From an uncultured Candidatus Saccharibacteria bacterium (GTDB taxonomy: Bacteria > Patescibacteriota > WWE3 > UBA101185 > UBA10185), in NCBI GenBank assembly GCA_964615625.1, contig CAZTQT010000002.1, forward strand, positions 5,555-69,554: a stretch of DNA of 64,000 nucleotides, in the 5' to 3' direction. The notes under the pieces were generated by a model. That model ran no database searches. It saw nothing but the letters and a program-made list of their open reading frames with translations, and had not been told where the DNA came from. The position numbers were made by a program, and so were the translations under genes. Of the stretch, positions 1-11,435 are shown one piece after another (positions within the stretch are counted from its first letter, which is position 1; the number at the start of each line of letters is the position of its first letter).

Positions 1-1202
1 TCACTATCTCTTATCTCACCAACCATTATGATATTCGGGTCTTGTCTAAGGAAAGATCTTAAACCAGAAGCAAAAGTCAAACCAGCCTGAGGATTAACTT
101 GAACTTGGTTGACTCCAGGAACTCTAATTTCAACAGGATCTTCTATAGTGACTATGTTAACCCTAATAGTATTTAATTTGTTTAAAGTTGAAGCTAATGT
201 AACAGTCTTACCAGAAGATGTAGGTCCTGTAACAAGTATCATCCCATTAGGCTTTAATGACATTTCCTCATATCTTTTTAAAGTTAAACCACGCATACCT
301 AAATCTCTGTAGGTAAAAACTGTACCTTCTTCTTTTAAAAGCCTGATAACAACTTTTTCACCAAAAACAGTAGGTAGAGTAGAAACTCTAAGGTCTGTTT
401 CTGTTTTTCCTACTTGAACTTTAAATCTACCGTCTTGTGGTATTCTTTTTTCATCTATTTTCATCCCCGCCAATATTTTTATTCTTGCTACAACAGGATC
501 TGTCATCTCTTTGGGTAATTTTCTTTTTTCTGACAGAATACCGTCAACCCTATATCTTAATCTACAAACGTCCTCACCAGGCTCAATGTGTACATCAGAA
601 GCTCCGGATTTAACAGAAGTTTCCAAGATCATACCAACAACCCTAGCTATTGGTGCATCCTTTATGGTCGCATCAGACATATCTGCCTGACCTTCCTCAA
701 TCTTAACAGTGTTTTGAGTAATTTCCTCCATCGCTGCTGTTATTTCTTCACCAAGCTCCTTACCTTTTTGCTCATCCAATACTCTGTCCAATATTTTTTC
801 TGTAGTTATGAAAGGTACTACCTTATGACCTGTTCTTCTTTCAATAAAATCTATGGTCTGAAGATCTAGCGGATCTACCATTGCTAAAGAGAGTTTGTTT
901 GCGTCTACTTCAAAGGGTACTACTTTATATTTTCTTGCTATATCAAGAGGAACTTTATCCAAAAGCTCGGGGCTTATCTGCCCAGGAGTAAGTTTTGCAT
1001 ATTCAATGCCGTAAACCTCACCAAAAGCATCGGCATAGTCATCACTACTGACATAACCTCTATCTTTAATTATGGAATCTACGCTTTTACCTGTATTTAC
1101 ACTCTCAAACTTAATAGCTGAAAGTTGATCGGAGGTTATAAGGTTCTTGCTGTACAGTACATCTGCTACAGTATTTAGTTTATTTAAATTATTTTTATCC
1201 AT
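1..1202 (-). CDS. Type II secretion / type IV pilus assembly ATPase (GspE/PilB family). N-terminal part only; the gene continues past the window start.
   Basis: Reverse-strand translation from the ATG at 1202 gives a GSPII_E N-domain, Walker A GPTSSGKT, an EDPVE Asp box and RQDPNIIMVGEIRD. The ORF runs off the window edge and is absent from the ORF track. Confidence 0.8.
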   Translation of the reverse strand, partial: MDKNNLNKLNTVADVLYSKNLITSDQLSAIKFESVNTGKSVDSIIKDRGYVSSDDYADAFGEVYGIEYAKLTPGQISPELLDKVPLDIARKYKVVPFEVDANKLSLAMVDPLDLQTIDFIERRTGHKVVPFITTEKILDRVLDEQKGKELGEEITAAMEEITQNTVKIEEGQADMSDATIKDAPIARVVGMILETSVKSGASDVHIEPGEDVCRLRYRVDGILSEKRKLPKEMTDPVVARIKILAGMKIDEKRIPQDGRFKVQVGKTETDLRVSTLPTVFGEKVVIRLLKEEGTVFTYRDLGMRGLTLKRYEEMSLKPNGMILVTGPTSSGKTVTLASTLNKLNTIRVNIVTIEDPVEIRVPGVNQVQVNPQAGLTFASGLRSFLRQDPNIIMVGEIRDS

Positions 1203-1290
1203 AGGGCAGTATTTATACCTTTTAATGTTAACAACTCATAAATACAAATTCAATAAATGAAAAACGTACAGTTAGGGTATAATCAAACCT

Positions 1291-1977
1291 ATGAACGGAT
1301 CGCTAATAATATCAGGTGGGAATAGAGAAAATAGAGAAAACAAAATAATTGAAATAATAAATAAAGAAGAGGGAAAAGCTTTTGAAAAAATAAAAGATTT
1401 AGAAGATAAACCAGATATTTTTGTAATAAATCTTTTAGAAGGAGAGAGATCCATAGGAATATCTCAAACACGAGAAGGGATAAATTTTTTAAGAGAAAAG
1501 CCGTTTTCTTATGAAAAAAAGTTTTTGGTGGTCTTAAACGCAGAAAAAATGACTACCCAAGCTCAAAATTCTTTGCTAAAAACACTGGAAGAACCACCTA
1601 AACACGCACTTATAATACTTTCAACAAGAATTAGAGATCAACTGATAGCTACAGTGGTCTCAAGATGTAAAAATATAAACGTAAAAAGTGAAGATGATGG
1701 TATCAACGAAGATTTTGTGTCTCTTGAAAAAATATTGAAGATGAGCCTGGGTGAAAGAATTGATGTATGCTCAGAAATATCAAAAGAGGAAAAAGAGGAT
1801 GTTATAAACATGCTTGAAAACTGGTTGATAGAAGGAAGAAAAAATTTATTGAAAAAGCCAGAAAATGTTACAATAACAACAAATTTAAATAGAATAATAG
1901 AAATAAAAAGGGATTTGGAAAACTCAAATGTTAATGTTAAACTCTCTCTTGAAGCTTTGGTTTTAAGCCTTAAATAG
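1291..1977 (+). CDS. holB: DNA polymerase III delta-prime-like clamp loader subunit (short form)
   Basis: Motifs AQNSLLKTLEEPP and the SRC sensor, as in HolB/DnaX clamp-loader AAA+ lids. Only 228 aa and no intact Walker A, as is usual for delta-prime. Confidence 0.6.
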   Translation: MNGSLIISGGNRENRENKIIEIINKEEGKAFEKIKDLEDKPDIFVINLLEGERSIGISQTREGINFLREKPFSYEKKFLVVLNAEKMTTQAQNSLLKTLEEPPKHALIILSTRIRDQLIATVVSRCKNINVKSEDDGINEDFVSLEKILKMSLGERIDVCSEISKEEKEDVINMLENWLIEGRKNLLKKPENVTITTNLNRIIEIKRDLENSNVNVKLSLEALVLSLK

Positions 1978-2026
1978 ACTCTTTAGAACTGCCTTCCCTC
2001 TTGTTAAGGGGTTTGTAAATTAGTAG

Positions 2027-4021
<1,995 letters not shown>

Positions 4022-4028
4022 ATTTCTA

Positions 4029-4973
4029 ATGTATCCTTCTAATATGAGAAAAATAGGTGTAACACAAGCTGTATATACATCGGACATGGACTCACTTGCC
4101 TGTTCTATTGCTTATTCTGAACTTTTAAGATTAGAGGGCAAAGATGCAGTGGCGTATATACCAAAGGAGCCAGGAAGCAGTGTTACTGACGAAATTAAAT
4201 CTTGGGATTTTAGCTATGAAATAGAACCAAAGCCCGAAGAATTGGAGAATATAGACTTTGTTATGGTTGATACAACAGATCCTCACACATTTCCTAAATT
4301 TGTTACAGAAGACAAGATTGTTGAGATATATGACCATCACTACGGGTATGAAGATTATTGGAAACAAAAACTAGGAGAAAAAGCCACAATAGAAATGATT
4401 GGTGCATGTGCAACCTTAATATGGGAAGAATACAAAAAAAGAGGTTTTTCTGACAAAATATCTCAAGTGAGTGCAAAACTGCTTTATGCAGCTATTGTTT
4501 CAAATACTTTGAACTTCAAGGCCACAATTACATCTCCAAGGGATGTAACAGCTTTTCAAGAACTGTCTGTCAAATCAGGAATATCCAAAGATTGGATAGA
4601 AAAATACTTCATTGATCAAGAAGAATACATATATAAAAACCCAAGACAGGCCATAATAGATGACATAAAAATAATAGAATTCCCAAATTTAGGAAAGAAA
4701 ATAACAATAGGGCAAATAGAATTATGGAACAGTAAGAAATTTGTAACAGACTACAAACCTTTAATTAAAGAGATAATGGATAATTTTGGACACAAATTTT
4801 GGTTTTTCAACGCACCTTGTATAGCAATGGGTACTACATATGTTTTAGCTGAAGATGAGTACATAAAAGCAGTTCTTCAAGAAAAGTTTGATTTTTCCTT
4901 TGACGAGAACATAGGAAAATCAGAAAAACTTATAGAAAGAAAGGAGTTTGTTAAGGAAATTTTGGAACTCTAA
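4029..4973 (+). CDS. DHH-family phosphoesterase (NrnA/PpaC-like)
   Basis: DTTD and IYDHH motifs, about 314 aa. It sits between gyrB and gyrA. Confidence 0.5.
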   Translation: MYPSNMRKIGVTQAVYTSDMDSLACSIAYSELLRLEGKDAVAYIPKEPGSSVTDEIKSWDFSYEIEPKPEELENIDFVMVDTTDPHTFPKFVTEDKIVEIYDHHYGYEDYWKQKLGEKATIEMIGACATLIWEEYKKRGFSDKISQVSAKLLYAAIVSNTLNFKATITSPRDVTAFQELSVKSGISKDWIEKYFIDQEEYIYKNPRQAIIDDIKIIEFPNLGKKITIGQIELWNSKKFVTDYKPLIKEIMDNFGHKFWFFNAPCIAMGTTYVLAEDEYIKAVLQEKFDFSFDENIGKSEKLIERKEFVKEILEL

Positions 4974-5018
4974 AGGACTTCAAATTTACCTTAAATCTGC
5001 TAATATAATAAGGTTCAT

Positions 5019-7604
5019 ATGGCTAAGGAAACTCAAAAAACAGAAGAAACGGCGCCTATCGCCAACCCTAACATTTTACATACTGAGATAACTGAGGAAA
5101 TGCAGGGTGCGTATCTTGATTACGCAATGAGTGTTATTGTCTCAAGAGCCTTGCCAGATGTTAGAGATGGTTTAAAACCCGTTCAAAGAAGAATTATCCA
5201 CGCTATGCAAGAATCAGGAATGACTTTTTCTGGTAAATTACATAAATGCGCCAGTGTTGTAGGTAATGTTTTAGCCAAATACCATCCTCACGGAGACACT
5301 TCAGTCTACGACGCTTTAGTTAGGATGGGGCAAGATTTTAGTTTAAGATACCCACTTATTAAACCTCAAGGAAACTTTGGAAGTATAGATGGAGACCCAC
5401 CGGCAGCCATGAGGTACACAGAATGTAAACTTGAAAAAATAACTGATGAGCTGTATTCAGATATAGATAAAGATACTGTAGATTTTGAAATAAACGACCT
5501 TCAAAATAAGGAACCGGTGCTTTTGCCTTCAAACCTTCCTAATTTATTGTTAAATGGGGCAACTGGAATTGCTGTTGGTATGGCTACAAATGTACCACCA
5601 CATAATTTAGGTGAGGTTATAGAGGGCATAAATGTTTTAATAGATAAAGCTGATAATATAGGTACCGCACCAAAAAAAGACGATGAGGTACAAATAGCTA
5701 CCCTTGATTTTTCATCTGATGCTAATGTTGAAGATTTAACAAAATACATACTTGGACCAGACTTTCCAACAGGAGGAATAATATACGACCAGAAAGAAAT
5801 GATTCAAATGTACGCAACGGGGAGAGGAAGAGTTGTGACACGAGCAAAAGTAGATGTGGAGGAAACAAAATCTGGAAAAGTAAAGATTATAGTTAGTGAA
5901 ATACCGTACATGGTCAACAAATCAACACTTATATCAAAAATAGCCGATCTTGTTAAAGAAAAAAGAATTATTGGGATATCTGACATAAGAGACGAATCCA
6001 ATAAGGACGGGATAAGAATAGTTATTGAGTTAAAAAAAGATGCAGTAGTAAATAAGATTAAAAACCAACTTTTCAAATATACACAGTTACAAAATACTTT
6101 TAACTCTAATTTTGTGGCCCTTATTAATAACGAACCTAAGTTAATGCCTCTAAAGATGATCTTGGAAGAATTTATTAAGCACAGACAACATATAGTGGTA
6201 AGAAGAACAATTTATTTACTCAAGAAAGCTGAAGAAAGAGCCCATATATTAAAAGGTCTAAAAATAGCCTTAGATAACTTAGATGAGGTCATAAAGCTAA
6301 TAAGATCAAGCAAAGATGCAGATGCAGCAAAGGATGGGTTGATGAAAAAGTTTGGTCTTTCTGAGATACAGGCTCAAGCCATATTGGACATGCAGTTAAG
6401 AAGATTAGCTGCGTTAGAGAGACAGAAAATAGAAGATGAGTTAAAGCAAGTATTAGCAACAATAGCCGATTACGAGGATTTATTAAAATCACCAAAGAGA
6501 ATAATTGAAACAATAAGAAAAGAGCTGAATGAGATAAAAGAAAAATACGCAGATGAAAGAAAAACAAAGGTAATAAAAGGAAAGATAGGGGAGTTGAGTG
6601 ACGAAGATTTAATAATAAATGAGAAATGTATAGTTACAATATCAAAAAGTGGCTATATTAAAAGACTGAAAGAAACTACATACAAAAAACAGGGTAGAGG
6701 AGGAAAAGGTATTAAGGGACAAGAGTTAAGGGACGAGGATGCTGTTGATTCAATAAAGATATGTAATACCCACGATTGGGCATTTTTCTTCACAAATACA
6801 GGTAAAGTTTATAAACTAAGGATTTGGGATATACCAGAATCTTCAAGAAATGCCAAAGGTATTCCTTTAATAAACTTCTTAAGCATGAAACAAGATGAAA
6901 AGGTACAAGCATTCATCACAAAAACTATTGAGGAGCTAGAAAACAATAGTAAAAATGACTGTATATTCTTCACAACTAAAAAAGGTGTTGTTAAAAAGAC
7001 ATCCGTTGATGATTTTGAAAATATAAGAACATCGGGCATTATTGCAATAACACTAGATAAAGGTGATGACTTAACATTTGTTGACACTACAACAGGTGAG
7101 GACGATGTACTGTTAACAACAGCAATGGGTCAATCTATAAGATTTAGTGAAAAAGATGTTAGACCTATGGGGAGATCTGCAAAAGGTGTGGGCGGTATAA
7201 AACTATCAAAGAATGACGATATGGTTGTAGGTACAGTAATAATACCCAAAAAGAGTAAAGACGTAGAACTTCTTGTATTATCAGATCTTGGATATGGTAA
7301 AAAGACTCCAACAGAAGAATATAAAGTGCAAAAAAGATCGGGATCAGGGATACTAACTTACAAAGTTAAAGACAAGACGGGGAAATTAGTGTCTGCAAGG
7401 GCTTTAGAGAAAGGAAAAGATATAGACGTTCTTATTGCTACAACATCTGGAAAGGTAATAAGACTCTCCGCGGGTCAAATACCAACACTAGGAAGGGCTA
7501 CACAAGGAGTAAGATTAATAAAACTAGATGGAAATGACAAAGTAGCATCAGTGGCTCTAATGACAGAAGAAGAACAAGAAATGGCAGAGGAAGAAGAAAA
7601 TTAA
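5019..7604 (+). CDS. gyrA: DNA gyrase subunit A
   Basis: AAMRYTE active-site region, QRRIIHAM, C-terminal beta-pinwheel repeats and an acidic tail over 861 aa. Confidence 0.95.
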   Translation: MAKETQKTEETAPIANPNILHTEITEEMQGAYLDYAMSVIVSRALPDVRDGLKPVQRRIIHAMQESGMTFSGKLHKCASVVGNVLAKYHPHGDTSVYDALVRMGQDFSLRYPLIKPQGNFGSIDGDPPAAMRYTECKLEKITDELYSDIDKDTVDFEINDLQNKEPVLLPSNLPNLLLNGATGIAVGMATNVPPHNLGEVIEGINVLIDKADNIGTAPKKDDEVQIATLDFSSDANVEDLTKYILGPDFPTGGIIYDQKEMIQMYATGRGRVVTRAKVDVEETKSGKVKIIVSEIPYMVNKSTLISKIADLVKEKRIIGISDIRDESNKDGIRIVIELKKDAVVNKIKNQLFKYTQLQNTFNSNFVALINNEPKLMPLKMILEEFIKHRQHIVVRRTIYLLKKAEERAHILKGLKIALDNLDEVIKLIRSSKDADAAKDGLMKKFGLSEIQAQAILDMQLRRLAALERQKIEDELKQVLATIADYEDLLKSPKRIIETIRKELNEIKEKYADERKTKVIKGKIGELSDEDLIINEKCIVTISKSGYIKRLKETTYKKQGRGGKGIKGQELRDEDAVDSIKICNTHDWAFFFTNTGKVYKLRIWDIPESSRNAKGIPLINFLSMKQDEKVQAFITKTIEELENNSKNDCIFFTTKKGVVKKTSVDDFENIRTSGIIAITLDKGDDLTFVDTTTGEDDVLLTTAMGQSIRFSEKDVRPMGRSAKGVGGIKLSKNDDMVVGTVIIPKKSKDVELLVLSDLGYGKKTPTEEYKVQKRSGSGILTYKVKDKTGKLVSARALEKGKDIDVLIATTSGKVIRLSAGQIPTLGRATQGVRLIKLDGNDKVASVALMTEEEQEMAEEEEN

Positions 7605-7634
7605 TATAAACCCTGTCATTAGTTATTACAATTA

Positions 7635-8423
7635 ATGGATTTCCACGAAATCACTCAATTTGAGAGAGAAATTTATAATAAAGGCATAAAATACATTGCC
7701 GGTATAGATGAGGTGGGTAGAGGACCTCTGGCTGGTCCTTTTGTTGTATCAGCAGTTATTTTAGATCTTGAAAAAATATTTAGCTCTAAATTTCAAAATA
7801 ATCTCAGAAATATAAAGGATAAAAATATTAGATTTCCTACCAATATAGGAAAAGACAGCATATTGGACAATAAATTAATACGGAAAGAGGATCCAACAAA
7901 TAACGACGTCTCGTTAGATAAAAATGGGCTTGTAGAAACCTACATGTATACACAAATAAAAGATTCTAAAAAATTATCTGCAAAAAAGAGGGATTATTTA
8001 TCTGAATTTATTAAAAAGGAAGCTTTAAGCTATACAATAGAGGTCTTTGAACCGGAAGACATAGATAAAACAGGTATTACAAAACTAACTCAAGAAGCTT
8101 TTTTTAAATCTATAAAAGACTTAAATATAAAAGCACAATATGTACTCACAGACATGTTTGAGGTTGATAAAATAACAAAAGAACATCAGAGAAACATTAT
8201 AAATGGGGATAGTAAAAGTATAACAATAGCTTCAGCCAGCATAATAGCTAAGGTATTTAGAGATAATATTATGATAGAAGCCGGTAAAAAATACCCAAAG
8301 TACGGTTTTGATAAACATAAGGGATATGGAACAAAAGCACACATGGAAGCTATTTATAAATTTGGGCCATGTGAGATACACAGAAAAAGCTACGAGCCCA
8401 TAAAAAGTATATTAAAAAAATAA
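7635..8423 (+). CDS. rnhB: Ribonuclease HII, with an internal insertion of about 65 aa
   Basis: GIDEVGRGPLAGPFVVSAVIL, DSKKLSAKKR and a C-terminal KHKGYG…HRKSY. Confidence 0.85.
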   Translation: MDFHEITQFEREIYNKGIKYIAGIDEVGRGPLAGPFVVSAVILDLEKIFSSKFQNNLRNIKDKNIRFPTNIGKDSILDNKLIRKEDPTNNDVSLDKNGLVETYMYTQIKDSKKLSAKKRDYLSEFIKKEALSYTIEVFEPEDIDKTGITKLTQEAFFKSIKDLNIKAQYVLTDMFEVDKITKEHQRNIINGDSKSITIASASIIAKVFRDNIMIEAGKKYPKYGFDKHKGYGTKAHMEAIYKFGPCEIHRKSYEPIKSILKK

Positions 8424-8458
8424 AAAGCCCGGCAAAATCAAAATGCAGGGCTTTTGTA
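8423..8458. terminator. Bidirectional hairpin terminator between rnhB (+) and the 8469 gene (-)
   Basis: An aaaagccc / gggctttt stem flanked by A- and T-runs. Confidence 0.5.
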
Positions 8459-8468
8459 GGTAGGTAGG

Positions 8469-8837
8469 TTAGCTTATTTTCTCCATAAGAATAGTGCCGT
8501 AAGAAGCATTTCTATTCTTAGGATCCATACTCACCACCTTATAAATATCCTCTTCCTTTCTACCTTGCATGAGCAAGTGCTCACGACAAAATGGTGCTAA
8601 AAACACAGGTTTCTTAATAGCATCTTCTTGCGGTTTCCTAAAAAGAGGGGAACCAGATAATTGGTAACGTATCCTTATACTATCTTCCTTAGATGAATAA
8701 AGAACATCACTAAGCCTTAAAGTGGCTAATGGCTTTCCGTCACCATCAATCTCATTTGATACTACATGCTCTGTTTTAACAGTAGTTGTAGGATTCCATC
8801 GCCAAAAATAAAAATCTACATCTTTATCTTTTCCCAT
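8469..8837 (-). CDS. Hypothetical protein
   Basis: 122-aa ORF with no recognisable motif, adjacent to the recombinase gene. Confidence 0.45.
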   Translation of the reverse strand: MGKDKDVDFYFWRWNPTTTVKTEHVVSNEIDGDGKPLATLRLSDVLYSSKEDSIRIRYQLSGSPLFRKPQEDAIKKPVFLAPFCREHLLMQGRKEEDIYKVVSMDPKNRNASYGTILMEKIS

Positions 8838-8842
8838 TTCAA

Positions 8843-9229
8843 TTAAAAAACCTTTCTCGCTATATTTTCCAATACAATAGAATAGTTTCTATTATATTTA
8901 AGCCAAACCTCAGAAATATAATACCCTGATAAATCACGTATATGAGTAATACCTGTTTCCTGACAACATCCTTGTGATGAAAGGTAATTTATGCACCCCA
9001 TAAGTACGTAATACCCATGATCCACATCCAATATTTCAAACAGTGTTGGAAATACTTTAGTATTTGGAGTACTACAATCTACTATTAATGTCCCTAATCT
9101 GGTAACCGGATCATCAAAATGAATACCTGTATATTTAATTAGAGCAGAAGGTGTCACAGCATCAACTTCAGGGTAAATGCAAAGAGTAGCCGCCTCAATT
9201 CCTTGCAGGGTCTTATAACCTCTAATCAT
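8843..9229 (-). CDS. Hypothetical protein, Cys-containing
   Basis: 128-aa ORF, 5 bp from the next gene, so a likely two-gene operon. Confidence 0.45.
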   Translation of the reverse strand: MIRGYKTLQGIEAATLCIYPEVDAVTPSALIKYTGIHFDDPVTRLGTLIVDCSTPNTKVFPTLFEILDVDHGYYVLMGCINYLSSQGCCQETGITHIRDLSGYYISEVWLKYNRNYSIVLENIARKVF

Positions 9230-9391
9230 TTTTCTCTCCTTTTACTGATTATTTTTTTCATTCTAGCATCAACAAAAAGTTAAGACAATGTTGGATAATT
9301 ACATGTAATTTGTATTATATAACCTATAGTAGGATTGGGGGTAAAATCTAAGATAATCTAAAATAAGAGGTGCGCAAACATGCAGGGAAAC

Positions 9392-10417
9392 CTACCCAAG
9401 GAAAGAGACCTCATCACTTTTGTCTGAATCTTCCTCTTCTAAACTACCATCCGAAATAATATCTTTATGATACTTTCTATGTATATCCCGCAACTGTTTA
9501 TTTGTTATATGAGTATATATTTGAGTTGTAGAAACATTAGAATGTCCTAACATCTCCTGCACTTCACGCAAATCAGCTCCCTCAGAGAGCAAGCCTGTGG
9601 CGTAAGTGTGTCTTAATGTGTGCGGGGTAGCATCAACGGATATTCCAGATCTTTTTACATACTTTTTAATAAGCCTTTGGACACTTCGTGGAGTAATTCT
9701 CAAAGACTCACCGTCAAAATCGTTTTCTTGCATTTTCTTACCAGAATACCTTATAAACAAAGGGACATAAGGATCAGCACGGGTAAAAAGGTATTTTTTA
9801 AGCCATTTTATAGCCTCAGGTGACAGGTAAACTGTACGAGCTTTCCTACCTTTTCCTACAACTGTAAACTCTCCAGTCTCTAAATTTACCTCATCTCTAT
9901 TTAACGCAACAAGCTCTGACACACGTAGACCTGTACTGTAAAGTGTTTCAATAATAGCTTTATCTCTAATCCCAGACTTTTTATCTAAATTTTGAACTTC
10001 AAACAATTTCTTCATTTGTTGTGTATTTAGAACCTTTGGCACACGGTCTTCAGACTTACCCAAAATTATTTTTTCTGGAGAAAAGGCCTCTATACCTTTT
10101 TCAATGACTAAGTATTTCAAAAACGCCCTAATAGCGACAAGAAATGTCTTTTGGGTAGACCTCTTAAATTCACTATTTGACTTAGAACTAATTCTACGAT
10201 TCAAATTGACTCTGTATTTCTTAATCAAATCGTCATCTATGTCTGAAATTGAAAAAACATCTTTTTTGAGGAAATCTTCTGACCACTGACCAAAATCAGT
10301 TAAATAAAAATGGTACATCTTTATAGTGTTTTGTGAGAGATTTCTTTCAAGTTCACAAAATTCAAGATACTCAAGTACAACATCATCAAATTTTAAAGAT
10401 AAATTAATCTTAGCCAT
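9392..10417 (-). CDS. Tyrosine site-specific recombinase, XerC/XerD-like
   Basis: C-terminal catalytic HTLRHTYATGLL…LGHSNVSTTQIYTH with the nucleophile Tyr, an N-terminal core-binding SAM-like domain, and an acidic C-terminal tail. Confidence 0.85.
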   Translation of the reverse strand: MAKINLSLKFDDVVLEYLEFCELERNLSQNTIKMYHFYLTDFGQWSEDFLKKDVFSISDIDDDLIKKYRVNLNRRISSKSNSEFKRSTQKTFLVAIRAFLKYLVIEKGIEAFSPEKIILGKSEDRVPKVLNTQQMKKLFEVQNLDKKSGIRDKAIIETLYSTGLRVSELVALNRDEVNLETGEFTVVGKGRKARTVYLSPEAIKWLKKYLFTRADPYVPLFIRYSGKKMQENDFDGESLRITPRSVQRLIKKYVKRSGISVDATPHTLRHTYATGLLSEGADLREVQEMLGHSNVSTTQIYTHITNKQLRDIHRKYHKDIISDGSLEEEDSDKSDEVSFLG

Positions 10418-10885
10418 ATTTATTAAAATTATACTTCATATAAAAGCTTGTGAAAAATCACAATGTATTAAAATCTGGAGAGGCCTACCATCTCACATAT
10501 GTATTTTCATGCAACTGCAAATGATTTCAAGATAAACAACTATACTTAAACGGTTAAAGTAACGTCAAAAAATTAAAAACGCCTTAAAATCGATTCTAGA
10601 GCCTAATACCTACTTTTTGTTGTTGTTACAACTTAAACACAGACAATCACTAAACAAAAATAATAAAACAGGGTCGGGAAGAGGTTAAAAATTTACGGGA
10701 TAACCGCATATAAAGAGGAGCGGGAAATAGGTACCAGAAAAACATAGATATATAAATGAGGTAGAGAAATTAAATTTTCATTGAATATATTTTTAATAAA
10801 TAAATCTAAAAAATAATCATTATAATTTTCTTTATTATTTTTGTGAAAAATAACAGTGGAGAGGTGATCTTGGTTTATACACAAG

Positions 10886-10913
10886 ACGTCGTATAATGTA
10901 TGTTTAACGACAT
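10886..10913. promoter_or_regulatory. Candidate dif-like Xer recombination site
   Basis: ACGTCGTATAA-TGTATG-TTTAACGACAT: two 11-bp arms matching 8 of 11 as inverted repeats around a 6-bp TGTAT(G/A) spacer. This resembles the dif consensus (…ATAA TGTATA TTATGT…) and lies about 470 bp from the recombinase gene. Confidence 0.4.
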
Positions 10914-11126
10914 CATGTTAGGGGTAAAGCCATAAAACAACATATAAGGGAAGTAGACGGATTATGACACTAGCTATGAGAGAGAAGTGAAATAAACGCA
11001 CGTTAATTAATTAAATTATTTTCTCCTTTTATTTCTATTTAATTAAATTATTTTCCCTCAATTAAATTCCTCTAAATCTGTTGTAAGTTTTTTTGCAGTT
11101 ATTAATTTACTTTCCCGCATACCAAG

Positions 11127-11135
11127 TTATCCACA
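11127..11135 (+). promoter_or_regulatory. Perfect DnaA-box consensus TTATCCACA, single copy
   Basis: Exact 9-mer match. A 1-mismatch TTATACACA lies at about 10874. Confidence 0.3.
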
Positions 11136-11150
11136 TCCCCTACTCCGGAA

Positions 11151-11324
11151 AACTATGACAAACTTACAGAAAATAACTATGACAATTCTACAGAGAAATA
11201 TATATGACAATCTTACAAAGAAACGTGATTTTTTACATTATTTAATATAAAAATACTATAAGATACTATAAGTTATACAAAGTTAGCACTCCAACCTATA
11301 GTATGACAAACGTACCGAAGAAAA
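11151..11324. repeat. Iteron-like direct repeats, four copies of about 23 bp
   Basis: Three tandem copies at 11151–11223 and a fourth at 11297–11324, in a 1 kb ORF-free region. Consensus is TATGACAA-N4-5-TACAGA(A/G)AAA. Confidence 0.6.
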
Positions 11325-11435
11325 CCCTAATAAAAATTGCACTATCCCCTTCCCCACTTCCCCATTATACCCTGTTGTTAAAACAAAAAGTAAGATTTTA
11401 TGAACTTAAAAAGCAAAATTAAATGTCTAAAATTT

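Noticed and set aside
8469-9229. The two small genes next to the recombinase considered as a toxin–antitoxin pair.
   Set aside because: Neither protein shows a recognisable toxin fold or an HTH/RHH antitoxin motif, and the sizes (122 and 128 aa) are not diagnostic. They are reported only as unknown cargo.
10418-11435. The 1 kb AT-rich non-coding spacer with a perfect DnaA box (TTATCCACA) and tandem repeats, considered as oriC.
   Set aside because: Genes on both sides converge on the region (+ strand to the left, - strand to the right), which is the opposite of what is expected at an origin. No dnaA or dnaN gene is present and there is only one perfect box. A terminus with dif next to the Xer recombinase explains the data better, and the DnaA box is noted only as a feature.
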